The translations under genes and the position numbers were made by a program. The notes beneath the pieces were generated by a model, which saw only the letters and a list, made by a program, of their open reading frames with translations, had not been told where the DNA came from and did no database searches. This document shows positions 1 through 11,700 of a stretch of 64,000 nt of DNA, in pieces; position 1 is the first letter of the stretch, and each line of letters begins with the position of its first letter. The DNA is taken from contig JASCQW010000146.1 of NCBI GenBank assembly GCA_030264375.1, forward strand, positions 13,168,826 through 13,232,825. The letters are read 5' to 3'. The stretch is from Carcharhinus longimanus (lineage: Eukaryota).

Positions 1-1907
1 CTGATCAATTGTAAGAGACCAATATTTGACATTGAGATGGTGAGCATGAGGCCAATATTTGACTGTGTTAAGCTCCCCTTAGAGACCAATAATATTTAAA
101 AACAAATTGAAGTTCTAGTTAATGATTGAAAAAGATGACCCAACAAGATTTCAGATTTTTACTGTAACAAATGACTAAAAATACTTAACAATTTTTATCG
201 GATATAAACTTATACTTTAAACTACAATAAAGAATGTTCCCTGTTGATACTTACCACACTTCTTGGCCATGACGGAACAAATTTCCTGGATTCCTTAGAT
301 GGGTGCAGAAGTATTTCTTCAACTAGAGACCATCTCTCTCCCGCATTCAGCTTTGGATGGTTGCCAGGAACAAGGAGCCTCCTCCCTTGCTAACCGCACC
401 AATTGCTGTTTGTTTCCTCCATCTCTTTCTCCTGCTGCCCCAAAAGCTGAGAACCAGTAAATCTTTTTACTAAGCACAGCTGCTCTTGCCCTTAGTTCCC
501 AGGTGCGGGAACTTTACACCTTTTCAGCCAGTCTAAACCAGGCTTGTTATTAAGCAGAAATCAGTAGTCACGTGATCCCACCTCCATTTTAGCCTGATGT
601 TAGCCAAAATATAATAATATTATAATCCTTATAATTGCAACAACTGACAGATTGGTAAATGGAGGGGAAGGGTTGGGGAGGGATGTAATTCCAAATTTAT
701 GTTGAACGTCCTCAACCACATCACAAACCTACGATCAGGGTTCTAGGACCACAGTTTCCATTCTGAAAGGATTGAACCACCCAAAACCTCTAAGCACTCA
801 GCAGTAAGCCCCATCCAAAAATGGCACCAGCTATATCATCAGTGCTAAGATTGCTAATCCCATGTTAGGGCTTTTACTGCTCTATTAATGCCAAGTGTGG
901 CCAGGTAAGTTACCACCCTAATGATTCCCAAACCAAAGAAACCACCTTGTTGAGTAGATGGTAATCCTTCATATTTTAAAAGAGTAGTAAGTTCCTTCTC
1001 AATCTTTTATGTTGTAATAGGAATAGTCCCAGTAGCTTCATTACCAAGATTTCACACTCCTGGCATCATCCTGGTGAATTCTCACTATGTGCTCTCCATG
1101 CCTTTAATGTCATCTATATTACAGAGCGCCCATTGTTGAACATAATGGTCTAACAATGACCTAACCATTGCCTTTTATAGATTCTCAGCTGCAGAATTAA
1201 TGATGTAGATTATGGGCAGGGCTTTCCAAGCCCAAAATCATAAAATCCCACCTGAGGTCAACGGACCTTTTCATGTTCAGTATCCCGTCCACTATGATTC
1301 CCATGGTGGGCGGGGTGGAAGAATTCTACCCTTGATGCTGAAAGCTACATACATCAGTGAGGCACCAATTAAGTTTGTAAATTTTAAACATGAGAATCAC
1401 ACTTTAAATGTACGATCGGTATTTACTGATTTAAATGCAGCAGATGTGGAGTTGTAAAGCTCCATTACACATCTATAATGTCCTGCACATTATAACAACA
1501 AGCAGTGTTTGTTGTTGTGTGTGTGCTTGGCTAATAAATTGAAAATGGTTTTTAAAGAAGTGAAATGAAGTCTTAATTACTGTGTTATTGAAACAGATAG
1601 GTTTGTGCAAAGGTGATTCATTTTAAGTGAGTTAGGATGGTAAAACTAGTCTCAATGGTCCAGGCCAAAGAGGACAAGATAATAAAGTCAGTATTCATTG
1701 TTCTAATTGCTGTCCAGTTGGTGTAGTTAAAAATGTGCATTTGTAGATATCATGAGCTAGGAGAATACTGAATGAAAAATATCAAGAGCTCTAATAAAAT
1801 GGAAAGCAAATAGGATTCCTTGCATTACTAACTGGAAAGCAAGCTTAAAAAGCACAATTTTAGTTAAATGAAAATAATTTTTAACAGTGTAAAATTTGAC
1901 TACTGCT

Positions 1908-2165
1908 GAAAAAAGACATTTGTCAAAACTTTTCATCTTACCCTCAGCAGGACAGTAGCACAAATACTGGTGAAGAATTTCAAACAATACTTGGCAGATA
2001 ACTGTCACCATCAACTGGTGCATTCTATCAATCAGAGTCCACTTGTCAACCAATCAGCACCCTCTTTTCATACAGCATAAAGTTTCTGTTTTTCCTGACA
2101 TTGGTATTCTTGTGATTGTCCTGATGAGTGTAAATTGAAAAACTTTGACAAAATGTCATCTTTCA
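1908..2165. mobile_element. Palindromic non-autonomous element with two opposed degenerate minimal hammerhead motifs (Penelope-like terminal repeat derivative)
   Basis: Inverted repeats 1908-1954 / 2117-2165; each arm TGTC-CTG(A/C)TGA-..-GAAA-..-GACA. Confidence 0.65.
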
Positions 2166-3374
2166 ACTGTACTCAAGTTCTGTACAACCAAATAAAATGT
2201 AAAATTTCTTGAAAATTGGCTTTTAAACTCATTGCCAAACAAATTCCGAAGTTGCCTTTTTTAAAAAAAAGACTGCCTAGTGCAATTTTAGTTACTGTCT
2301 TTCAAATGCTACAACTAGATTTCTACCACTAACCTAACTAGAAGTACTAAATTTATGCACTTTATTTTACTGAGTAAATATACTCAAGCATTTATACTGC
2401 ATGATGTTGAAGGATACTGTTAATTAACAGCGCCAAATTATTTTTTAAAAATAGTTCTTATCCATTCTATTTATTGTTTCTAAAATAAAACACTTTGAAG
2501 TAGTCTTCCCCCTCAAAGTGACATGTCCCAACTATCCAAGATGGTAGGACAAATTAAAATGTGGATATTTCTACACCCTCATTGCTCCATACACCATTAA
2601 CAAGGAGTTTGCTTGCTGCAGGAGGATGATTGCATCCATTTTGCCCCCCAGCCTCTCCATCACAAGTAACTGGTGACAAAAGTTGGTTTATATCAGCCTC
2701 AGGTCAGTACAAGAGTTTTTTACCACTCATGGTCCAAACATTGAAGTTAAATTTAAAAAGAAAAGTGCTAAACATTATGTCTAGACCAGCCTTCCCCATG
2801 GCCTTCTGTTCCCCTACTGCCTGTTAAAACAATTATCAAGCACTTAACAGTTGTTGGAGAAGCTAATTTTGTATGTGTTTATAACCTGTCATCTCTGAAG
2901 GATAGCCTATCCTAATAGGAGGAAGTGCTGCTTAGAAGACACTGGAAATACATTAGGAAAGATCTGTACTGTAGTGCAGTTGTAAACTTTCCAATGATAT
3001 ATGATCCTGTTACAAAAAGTGAACAAAGCAAAGTCCTCTTCCACATACTCTCAAAAGCACCCTGATCACAACTGTCTTATTTCTGCATGACTGCTGCATC
3101 AGGCTGATGTAGACAGGACAACCATCTCCAAAAATAAATTCTAAATTTGTAAGTTACAGATATAAGATGTAAGTTTGATTTGCATATTTCTTTGTGAGCT
3201 GAAGTTTGTACCTTTATAATTGGAAGCATGTGTTTCTGCTAAGTGTGCCCCCATTGTCCTATATTATTCATGGTTCCTTTTTTTTTGGAGCCCGTATGAC
3301 TCAACATTTGAAAACTGTATATGATAATCATTTAACTCAGTACCATAATGATTGTTAGATCGTATGTGGGCACA

Positions 3375-3497
3375 GAAACAAAATGCTGCAGATACCGAAA
3401 ACTTAACATAAAACACTGGAAAGATTCAGCAGGTCTGATAGCATCTGTGGAGAGACAAACAGTTGACGTTTTAGGTCAATGACGTTTCAGCGGAATT
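3375..3497 (-). mobile_element. Penelope-like element 3' terminal fragment
   Basis: cagcaggtctgatagcatctgtggagaga motif shared with 14120-14250, 36937-37037 and 58690-58780. Confidence 0.55.
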
Positions 3498-4799
3498 ATC
3501 GCATATTGGTGTGGTTGTTTTCACTCTTGAGTTCAGTTAATATCCAGCCCATTGCTTCTTGCATTTCAATTAGCTTGAAGATGCAGTTATTTGTTTGTAG
3601 ACATGTGAGCAGGCATCCGTTTGGAAAAATTGATCTGATCTTTATTTGATAGAACAGATCCCACCTTACGTGGAGTCAAGCGCAATTATACAAGATTAGA
3701 ACTGCTTTTATTCTGACAAGTGTTGCCACGTTTTCAGTGACTGCTGGACTAAATTTGCAAACAGGCTGCTGGCCTGTGTGCGAAAAGGTCCATTATCCAG
3801 GATATTCAAAATATAGAGTGGCTTTAGTAATGGGATGAGTACGTGTTGATTTGCAATTATTATGTGTCATTTGTGATTGAAACCAGCAGCAGTTTAGGCT
3901 GTTAAATTGTCCTGATGTTTGTCAGCAGTATATAATCGGGGACCCTCAGAGTGCACGTAATGTCATCCAGGCAAATATGGCAGCCAAGCTCACTTAATTA
4001 CGGGAAAAGCCAAGCACAAGTACCCTCGCAGCGGGTAAATCTCCTGCGGTTAAATCAGAGGTGGGAAAGAACCACTGTGGGATACTCACCCACTCATGGT
4101 GAGATGTTATTTAGCCTCATTAATGAGCCGGTTAACACTAATTATCTCTCAGCCGATGGGAATTTAGTGGTGGCTCAGAAATTAAATGGGTGTTGCACAG
4201 CTTTCCTGTGTCTCCCCTCAAACCCAACACCCCTGCTAGGATGTCCCTTCTTGTCAGGCACTCTGTACCTGATGGTGGACCCCGGCTTCAGGAGGTTGGG
4301 AGGCAGTGGGGGGGGAGGTGGATGAGGTTGCTGAAAATCGCCTCCCTGCCCTTGCTTCTGATGCCCCATCCTGAGACATCCCCGCCCATCCTGCCCTCAG
4401 TTACCTGAGTCTCAAGAATCCAGCAACAATCCTGGGGGAAGCCCTTGGAGCACTGCTGGTGGCGCTGCCAGCAATGGAGAGTTGCTGGTCCCTGGCCAGT
4501 CTGCAAAAGCCCAGGGGAAAACACTAAAATAACTGAACATCATTAGGCCAGATTCATTCAGTAACAACAGGGCTGCCAGATGCAGACAAAATGGCATGGA
4601 TAATAAACTGCTAAAACAGATCCTACACAAGAAACATGACCCAAATTCATTTCTAAAGGCTCAGTATCATCATATCTGTCTCCTCTGGAAAAGCGCAAGG
4701 GTCTTGTATAAAGTGAAAAATGGGCAGTCTTATATTGTCCATGGGCTTAGGTTTGTATTAAGTACTGTCTCCTTAAGCCATGACTATAGCAACGTTTAG

Positions 4800-7770
4800 A
4801 CTGGTATGAACAGAGGCACATTATTGCAGGAAGGTAATGATGGAAGAGGAGGTTTAGTTTTACTTGGCACCTGGTCTGTCCTATAACAGACACTCAGCAG
4901 TTAGTTTAGAGTGGCATTGGGGAAAGTTTGGGAGCTGGTTAGCTGCCCAATTCTGTCATACACATTGGCTGTAAAGCACTTTGGCATATTTAGAAAGGCA
5001 CTATAGGAATGCAAGTCATGCTTGCTTTATTTTATGAGGGAACCCTCAAAGATTAGAAATTAGGTTTTAAAATTTTGAGCCAGGGATGCCAAGTTTAAAA
5101 AACATACGTATACTATTAAAGTTAAAATTAATGTCTGTACTATTAATATCTTGATTTGTGGTATCTCTATGACTTTGCAGTTGGCATTTGTTAGAAGCTT
5201 AGCATACTGATGTTCATAATTTGAAAAAATCTTCAATTTTTCAAATTGTATCTACAACTAACAAAATACGATTAAATGTCTTAAATAATTAACCTAAAAT
5301 TAAAATACACATCTGCTATTATTAAGCAAAATACTCAATTTGCTGGATTAGAAGTTGTGGACATCGTAACATGTTCCTTCCCTAAAATAATTTAATATAT
5401 CTAATTATAATAGCAATAGACTAAACATTTATTATAATTCTATGCACCTCAGCATAAAGCTTCCATGAATAATGTAGATAATTTTTTTTTGGAACACTGC
5501 CTATGTTGATCTGTCAAAAACTTTAATCGGGGTTAACAGACGCTAGTCATCTAGCTTTCCAAATAACTGAAATAGCATCATGATTTTAAAGGCATGCCTA
5601 ACTCTATGATTTCATGTGGTTTCATTTATTTTAGGTGAGGTTTTTACAAATAATCACCATGTCCATTTATATGCCCCATTTAATTGAGATGGATGACAGT
5701 GTAAGAGATTACAATAGCACCTACGTGGAAATCTGGCGAATTGTTAGACCTACATGGAGAATTGACATTCAAATAAAAATGTGAGCAATCTGACCTGGAG
5801 TGGTGAACCTTGAACTTTAAAAAAAAATTGCACTATTGGTCAATAGAAAAAGGTACAGTATTATGCTACTCATTCTGCCAGATTGAAAGGGTACCCACTG
5901 TATTGTGGGCAGTGTATTGCACTTAACTTTGTATCCTATTTAATTGTCTGGTTATTTAAAAGACAAACTTGGGCTTCTCCCAGCTAGTAATTTCTGTGAA
6001 AGACTGTTGAGTTATGTGTATAACAAAGACAGGTTTTAAGTCTATAGTTTTGCAAGATATATATGTATATACATAAAATATTAATGCTACCCACATCATC
6101 TTTCCAACCCTTATTCTGAGATCCAAAGGATATAAACATTTCATCATTCACCAACTAACAAGAGTCTGGCCAGTGTAAATGTCATACTTCTAAAATCTTC
6201 AAAGGTAGTCCAATTGCATCCAATTATTGTAAATATTTTTTAAAAGCACTTTTTTAAATAAATTACTTTTTGTACTCTAGTATGTTTTAGTGGATGAAAG
6301 TAGCAGATCAGTTGCATACTTAAGAAAATTATATGAGGTGCGTAATTACACTGCCCACGGTACAACAGTAACAGCAGTGCCCATTTCAAACCTCTTCATT
6401 GACTGGATTAGACCAGCTTCCAGCCTCAGCTTTCAAAGTTAAAATAAATGTGGGTTTCTCAAAAGGTGTGTAAGGGGAGCATCCAAATTTCGCTCTGTAT
6501 AATTTACAAGCATTTTATGTAATTTTGCTGTGAGTTTTTTTAAGTAACTATTGAAATACTGTACACTGTAAAATCATTACTGTTATTAAAATTACTCTTA
6601 CTTTGTATGCACTGTAAGTAACTTTTCACATGTACTTTTATTTAGTTTCAAGGAAATACAGGACATCTTGTATCTGTCTAACCAAACTCAGATTGTACAA
6701 AAAATCTAATTATAGATGGAATAGTGTCTGTTAAACACATGCTTGAAAACAGTTTTCAGTTAAGCTTGTACTAAAATTCAGCAAGGCAACTATGAATGTG
6801 TATTCACTAACTTGACAAATCTACTGCCATAATAATTGTTTGGGTTATTTTCCACTTAAAGGCACTGGTTTGGTGTCTTATGTCCAGAGGTTAACTGTAT
6901 CTACATACATACAAAAATATGCAAGTGAAAATTGATCTACTGAACTATCAACTATTGATGCATCTATAATATTGTGGAATTTATAATAGCCATCTTCAGT
7001 TTACCAACATCTTTTTAAATTATACTTTCCCTTCATGTGGTCTCTCACCTCCTTTTAACCGAAGTGGAGGTGAACCAGCCACAGCTTTTAGTGACTGATG
7101 CCTATGCCACTCTGTGCTCAAGCCAACAGGTGCACTTTTTATAAAAGCAAGGACCTTTTTGGGGGGGTGGTTTGGGGTAGGGGGGAGGGGTTTGTTGCTG
7201 GGTGACGAAGGACGGCCTGTATCAGTTTTTCTTCGTAAACACAACTGTAAGACAGTGCACCCAGTGGTCGAGACAAGAACTGATGGAGTTCATCAGAAGC
7301 TTGGCTAGTGGATTTGAGCATCAAACCAAGCACTGGAGTAGAAACAGAAAATACACATCAGATCTAGGACTTTAATGCTCAAAACCACAACAAGCATCTT
7401 AAGACACTAAATTACAGGGATGGGGTCATAAACTGTTTATCATGCAATGCATGATAGCACATTAGTGGGAAAAAAAAATGCCCTTCCATTTATTCTGTCC
7501 CAGGAAAGTGACTGGAAATAAAAGGAAAAGACAGTTGTAAGAATTTGGTTTATTTGTGTTCTGTGCTTGTGTATCCTGTCCTTTTATTCTGTGTCCATAC
7601 ATATGCTTCCATATGTATATAATTTGTAGTTAATGGTCTGGATTAGTGCCTTTTGACAGTAGACTGTTATAGAACCCAATTTATAGTTTTTGTATATTTT
7701 CATTAATTGAATTTTTGGTTAGTTCAAATTTTATTTTACCCCAATAAAGCAATAAACATACTCAACTGGG
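4800..7770 (+). other. Putative long 3' UTR of a convergent + strand gene whose CDS is outside the window
   Basis: About 3 kb without recognisable TEs; AT-rich with TGTA motifs; ends in tandem AATAAA. Confidence 0.4.
7743..7756 (+). terminator. Tandem polyadenylation signals AATAAA (7743-7748, 7751-7756)
   Basis: Upstream TGTA and T-rich tract; downstream GT/T-rich element. Confidence 0.55.
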
Positions 7771-8216
7771 CTTGCTGTTTTATTTTAAGAACAACTTCAA
7801 TTGATTTATCAATTATGTATAAAGTTGCACTTCCTGCCTTTATATAGCTCCCTCAAAACAAAACTTAGATCACAAATTTTAATCTGCGATTTTTCTTTTG
7901 AAGGACACTTTAGATCCAGGAGCACATTCTCGTGTTGAAATGCCATATGATTGCAAACTTGAAGAACTGAGCATAAAGAATCATCTTTTAGAAAAAAACT
8001 GAAGCAAAAATATCCTTACACTGTTTAAATCTGAGGGGATATCACAGAGCCATCTTCCTAGGGTATTTAGTATCTTAACTGAGAAATATTCTCAAGAGTT
8101 TGAATGTAGGGGATTGGTTCTTCAGCACAGGCACAATTGGATGATTAGTTCTTATTACATATACACTTCTACAGTGCAAAATATCTTAAATGCCTGAACT
8201 AACAATTTTAATGTTT

Positions 8217-8402
8217 TAAAATGTATTTATTATTAGTCACAAGTAGGCTTACATTAACACTGTAATGACGTTACTGTCAAAATCCCCTAGTTGCCATACT
8301 CTCGCACCTGTTCGGGTATACTGAGGGAGAACTTAGCATAGCCGATGCATCTAACCAGCTCATCTTTCGGACTGTGAGGGGAAACCAGAGCACCCCGAGG
8401 AG
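8217..8402 (-). mobile_element. V-SINE (HE1-related), tail variant B, 5' truncated
   Basis: gactgtgaggggaaaccagagcacc core plus tttattagtcacaagtaggcttacattaacactg tail. Confidence 0.75.
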
Positions 8403-8495
8403 GAATCCAAAGCTGTCTACAGTTTTAATTACAAAACTGACCTGGATGTTTTATTAGCTTTTACACACACTGCAACAGAAACTTTTTTAACTACG

Positions 8496-8545
8496 TTTAT
8501 TGGTAAAGAAAAAGGCTAACCTTTTTTTAAAAAAATGACTTTATT
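8496..8545 (-). terminator. PPIE polyadenylation signals (AATAAA at 8540-8545 and 8496-8501)
   Basis: Two minus-strand AATAAA about 115 and 160 nt after the stop; GT-rich sequence downstream. Confidence 0.65.
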
Positions 8546-8659
8546 TTGCACGTTGAAAGGTATTTACAAAAAACTCCACACAGTTAAAAATCTTTACAGA
8601 TAATATTGAATATAAAGGATTGAAATCCATCCCCGGAGCTATTTTTACAGACACTGGAA

Positions 8660-8728
8660 TCACACATACTCTCCGCAGTCTGAGATGATCACTTTCTGTT
8701 TTGGTTTTCCATCTTTAGAACCTTGAGC
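8660..8728 (-). CDS. PPIE: PPIE exon 10 coding part ([22 protein letters not shown])
   Basis: tttcag| acceptor; TGA at 8660-8662. Confidence 0.96.
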   Translation of the reverse strand, partial: AQGSKDGKPKQKVIISDCGEYV

Positions 8729-11700
8729 CTGAAATACAAAAAAGTGTGACAAAAGAGTCAACCTCAAATAATAATCCAGAGAAAATGCAACTGTTTGTTT
8801 GAGATTTCTTTTGTTTTTGAAATAAAATTCATTAGTTTTGATTAATTTTAAAAAAAACAGAGGCTAAAGCATTGAAGACTTTTACTGTTCTGGTCAGGTT
8901 TGATTTATCCTGCTTCATACAATGTTGATATTGCCAGAAGTTTTGCCAGTATCATTCAGATCTATGGGTAGATGATCTGTACACAGATTATCTACAGTAC
9001 AAAGACAATATGATGGCTGGACTACATGAAACGTAAGTTTCTCTGCTTTGCCTCTAACAAAGTTCATGATGTCTTTAGAACAAAGAGCCAACTGACTCCA
9101 ACTTCCCAGTTAGATTCATAGAATCATACAGTGCAGAAAGAGACCATTTGGCCCATCGAGTCTGCACTGACCATAATGCCCCCTCCCAGGCCCTATCCCT
9201 ATAACCCCATGCATTTACCCTAGCTAGTCCCCCTGACACTAATGGACAATTTAGCAAGGCCAAGATACCGAACCTGTACAAGTTTGGACTGTGGGAGGAA
9301 ACCGGAGGAAACCCACGCAGACACGGCCAGAATGTGCAAACTTTGCACAAACAGTGACCCAAGCTGGGAATTGAACCCGGGTCCTTGGTGCTGTGAGGCA
9401 GCAGTGCTAACCACTGTGCCACCATGCTGCCATTTGTAGTAAAGCAACCAACCAACAAACAAAACACAATTCCTTTAAAAAAAATAATCATACCTGAACA
9501 ATGTTAGAAATTCAACAGTTTTTGACAATTGGAGAGTAACCCATTTTGATTGCTCTAGTAATTTTCACATACACAAAATTTCTTTCATTTGGGAGTTGTG
9601 GATTTTTCACCCTTCAGCTTTGTCCTGGTCATATCCTCTCCTGTGCCTTTGATAAAGCGCAGTCTGTCCTTCTTTCCAAACCCCCAATATCTGCTGGATG
9701 TTTCTGGTCTCTGCACAAAACAGTCCTGTTCTACTTTGGCTCCCTGGCCCAAGAACCTTGGTGGCCCAGCGCTTCTTCTCCCTAATTGACCATCATTAGC
9801 AATACTTATCTACTCTTCCTGAGGCATCATATAATGATTTGGAAAATGAGTTCAGAGAATACTCAATAGGTTTAATTACAAATGAATTTTTAGATTTACA
9901 AACATAGAAAACAGGAGGAGCAGACCATTCAACCCTTCAAACCTGTTCCACTATTCAACATGATCATGGCTTATCCTCTATCGCAACACCATTCTCTTGC
10001 ATTCTCCTCATACTCCTTGACATCTTTAGAGTCTAGACATCTTTCCTTCTTAAATATATTCAGTGATTTGGCTTGCACAGCCTTCTGTGATAGAGAATTC
10101 CACAGGTTCGCCACCCTCAGTGAAGAATTTTCTCCTCTTAGTCTTAAATGGCCCAATCCATATCCTGAGACCTTGCTCTCGCCCTCCCAGCCAGATGAAA
10201 CATCATCCCTGAATCCAGTCAGACCAGCCCTGTCAGAATTTTATATGTTTCAATTAGATCCCCCCTCATTCTTTTAAACTCCAGTGAATACAGACCCAGT
10301 CGCCCCAATCTCTCCTCGTATGACAATCCTGCCATCCCAGGAATCAGTCGCTGAACTCTACGGCAAGTGTACCCTTTCTTAGATAAGGAGACCAGAGCTG
10401 CACACAATACTCCAGGTGTGACCTCAAAGAAATGAAGTAATTTAAAACAAAGTGAAAGTTATGCTGCCTAAATGACAAGTAAATTTGTATTGGGAGATGG
10501 CTGGCATTAACACTGCTTGTCATATAGGATAGTGGGGTAAGCAGTCAGGAGATGGAGAGAAAGAAAAACTGAACAAAATAACTTATTGCACTCACTCCCA
10601 AATTTTATACTCACTTCAATCTGTTTGACAACATCCATTCCCTCCACCACTTCCCCAAATACCACATGCTTTCCATCCAACCAGTCTGTCTTGTCAAGGG
10701 TAATGAAAAACTGAGAACCATTTGTGTTTGTTCCGGAGTTTGCCATTGACAGTAAACCTAAACAGAAAACAGATCATAAACACCACTGTGCATGGTTAAT
10801 CAGTCTAAAATTCAATAATTTCCCCATCTGCTAAAATATTTTTATGATTAGCTCCTTAGGTTGTGAAGTTACCATAAGAATTATTGCACTCCAAGCACCG
10901 AGAAAATATCCTACAGAGCGGAAAACCATTGTGAAGTAAAACAGACTGCATAGAAAAGATATTGGTAAATGCTAAATCTTGGGTTTCTCCAACTGTTCCA
11001 GATGGTAAATTTTTATTTATTCATGTATGGGACATGGGCATCGCTGGCTGGCCAGCATTTATTGCCCATCCCTAGTTGCCCTAGGGCAGCTGAGAATCAA
11101 CCACATTGCTGTGGTTCTGGAGTCGCATGTAAATCAGACCAAGAAAGGATAGCAGATTTCCTTCCCTAAAGGACATTAGTGAACCAGATGGGTTTTTCCA
11201 GCAATCAACAATGGTTTCATTGTCATTTTAATTCCAGATTTTTTTAAAATTCAAATTCCACAACCTGCCATGGCAGGATTCGAACCCAGGTTCCCAGAGC
11301 ATTAGCTGAGCTTCTGGATTGATAGTCTTGTGATAATANNNNNNNNNNNNNNNNNNNNNNNNNNNNNNNNNNNNNNNNNNNNNNNNNNNNNNNNNNNNNN
11401 NNNNNNNNNNNNNNNNNNNNNNNNNNNNNNNNNNNNNNACTACCATGTCTTTACTCCCTTTACCTAAGTCACTGATGAGGGGAATGGATAAGGTAGATAG
11501 TCAACATCTGTTCCCAAAGGTAGGGGAGTCTAAAACTAGAGGGCATAGGTTTAAGGTGAGAGGGGAGAGATGCAAAAGAGGCCAGAGGGTCAGTTTTTTT
11601 CACACGGAGGGTGGGGAGTGTCTGGAATGAGCTGCCAGAGGCAGTACTGGAGGCAGGTACAATTTTGTCTTTTTAAAAGCATTTAGGCAATTACATGGGT

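Noticed and set aside
1-640. Possible LTR remnant ending in ...tgcaaca
   Set aside because: No partner LTR, PBS/PPT or coding evidence within the window.
2622-2702. Exon-like segment on the + strand (cag|GAG...CAG|gtcagt)
   Set aside because: Stops in all three frames and no recognisable protein.
9242-9439. Recurrent ORF text ELNPGP resembling a 2A ribosome-skipping motif (also 12408, 22302, 56737)
   Set aside because: It is the reverse complement of the SINE tRNA B box (GGGTTCAATTCC), lacks the D of DxExNPGP, and is not in a coding context.
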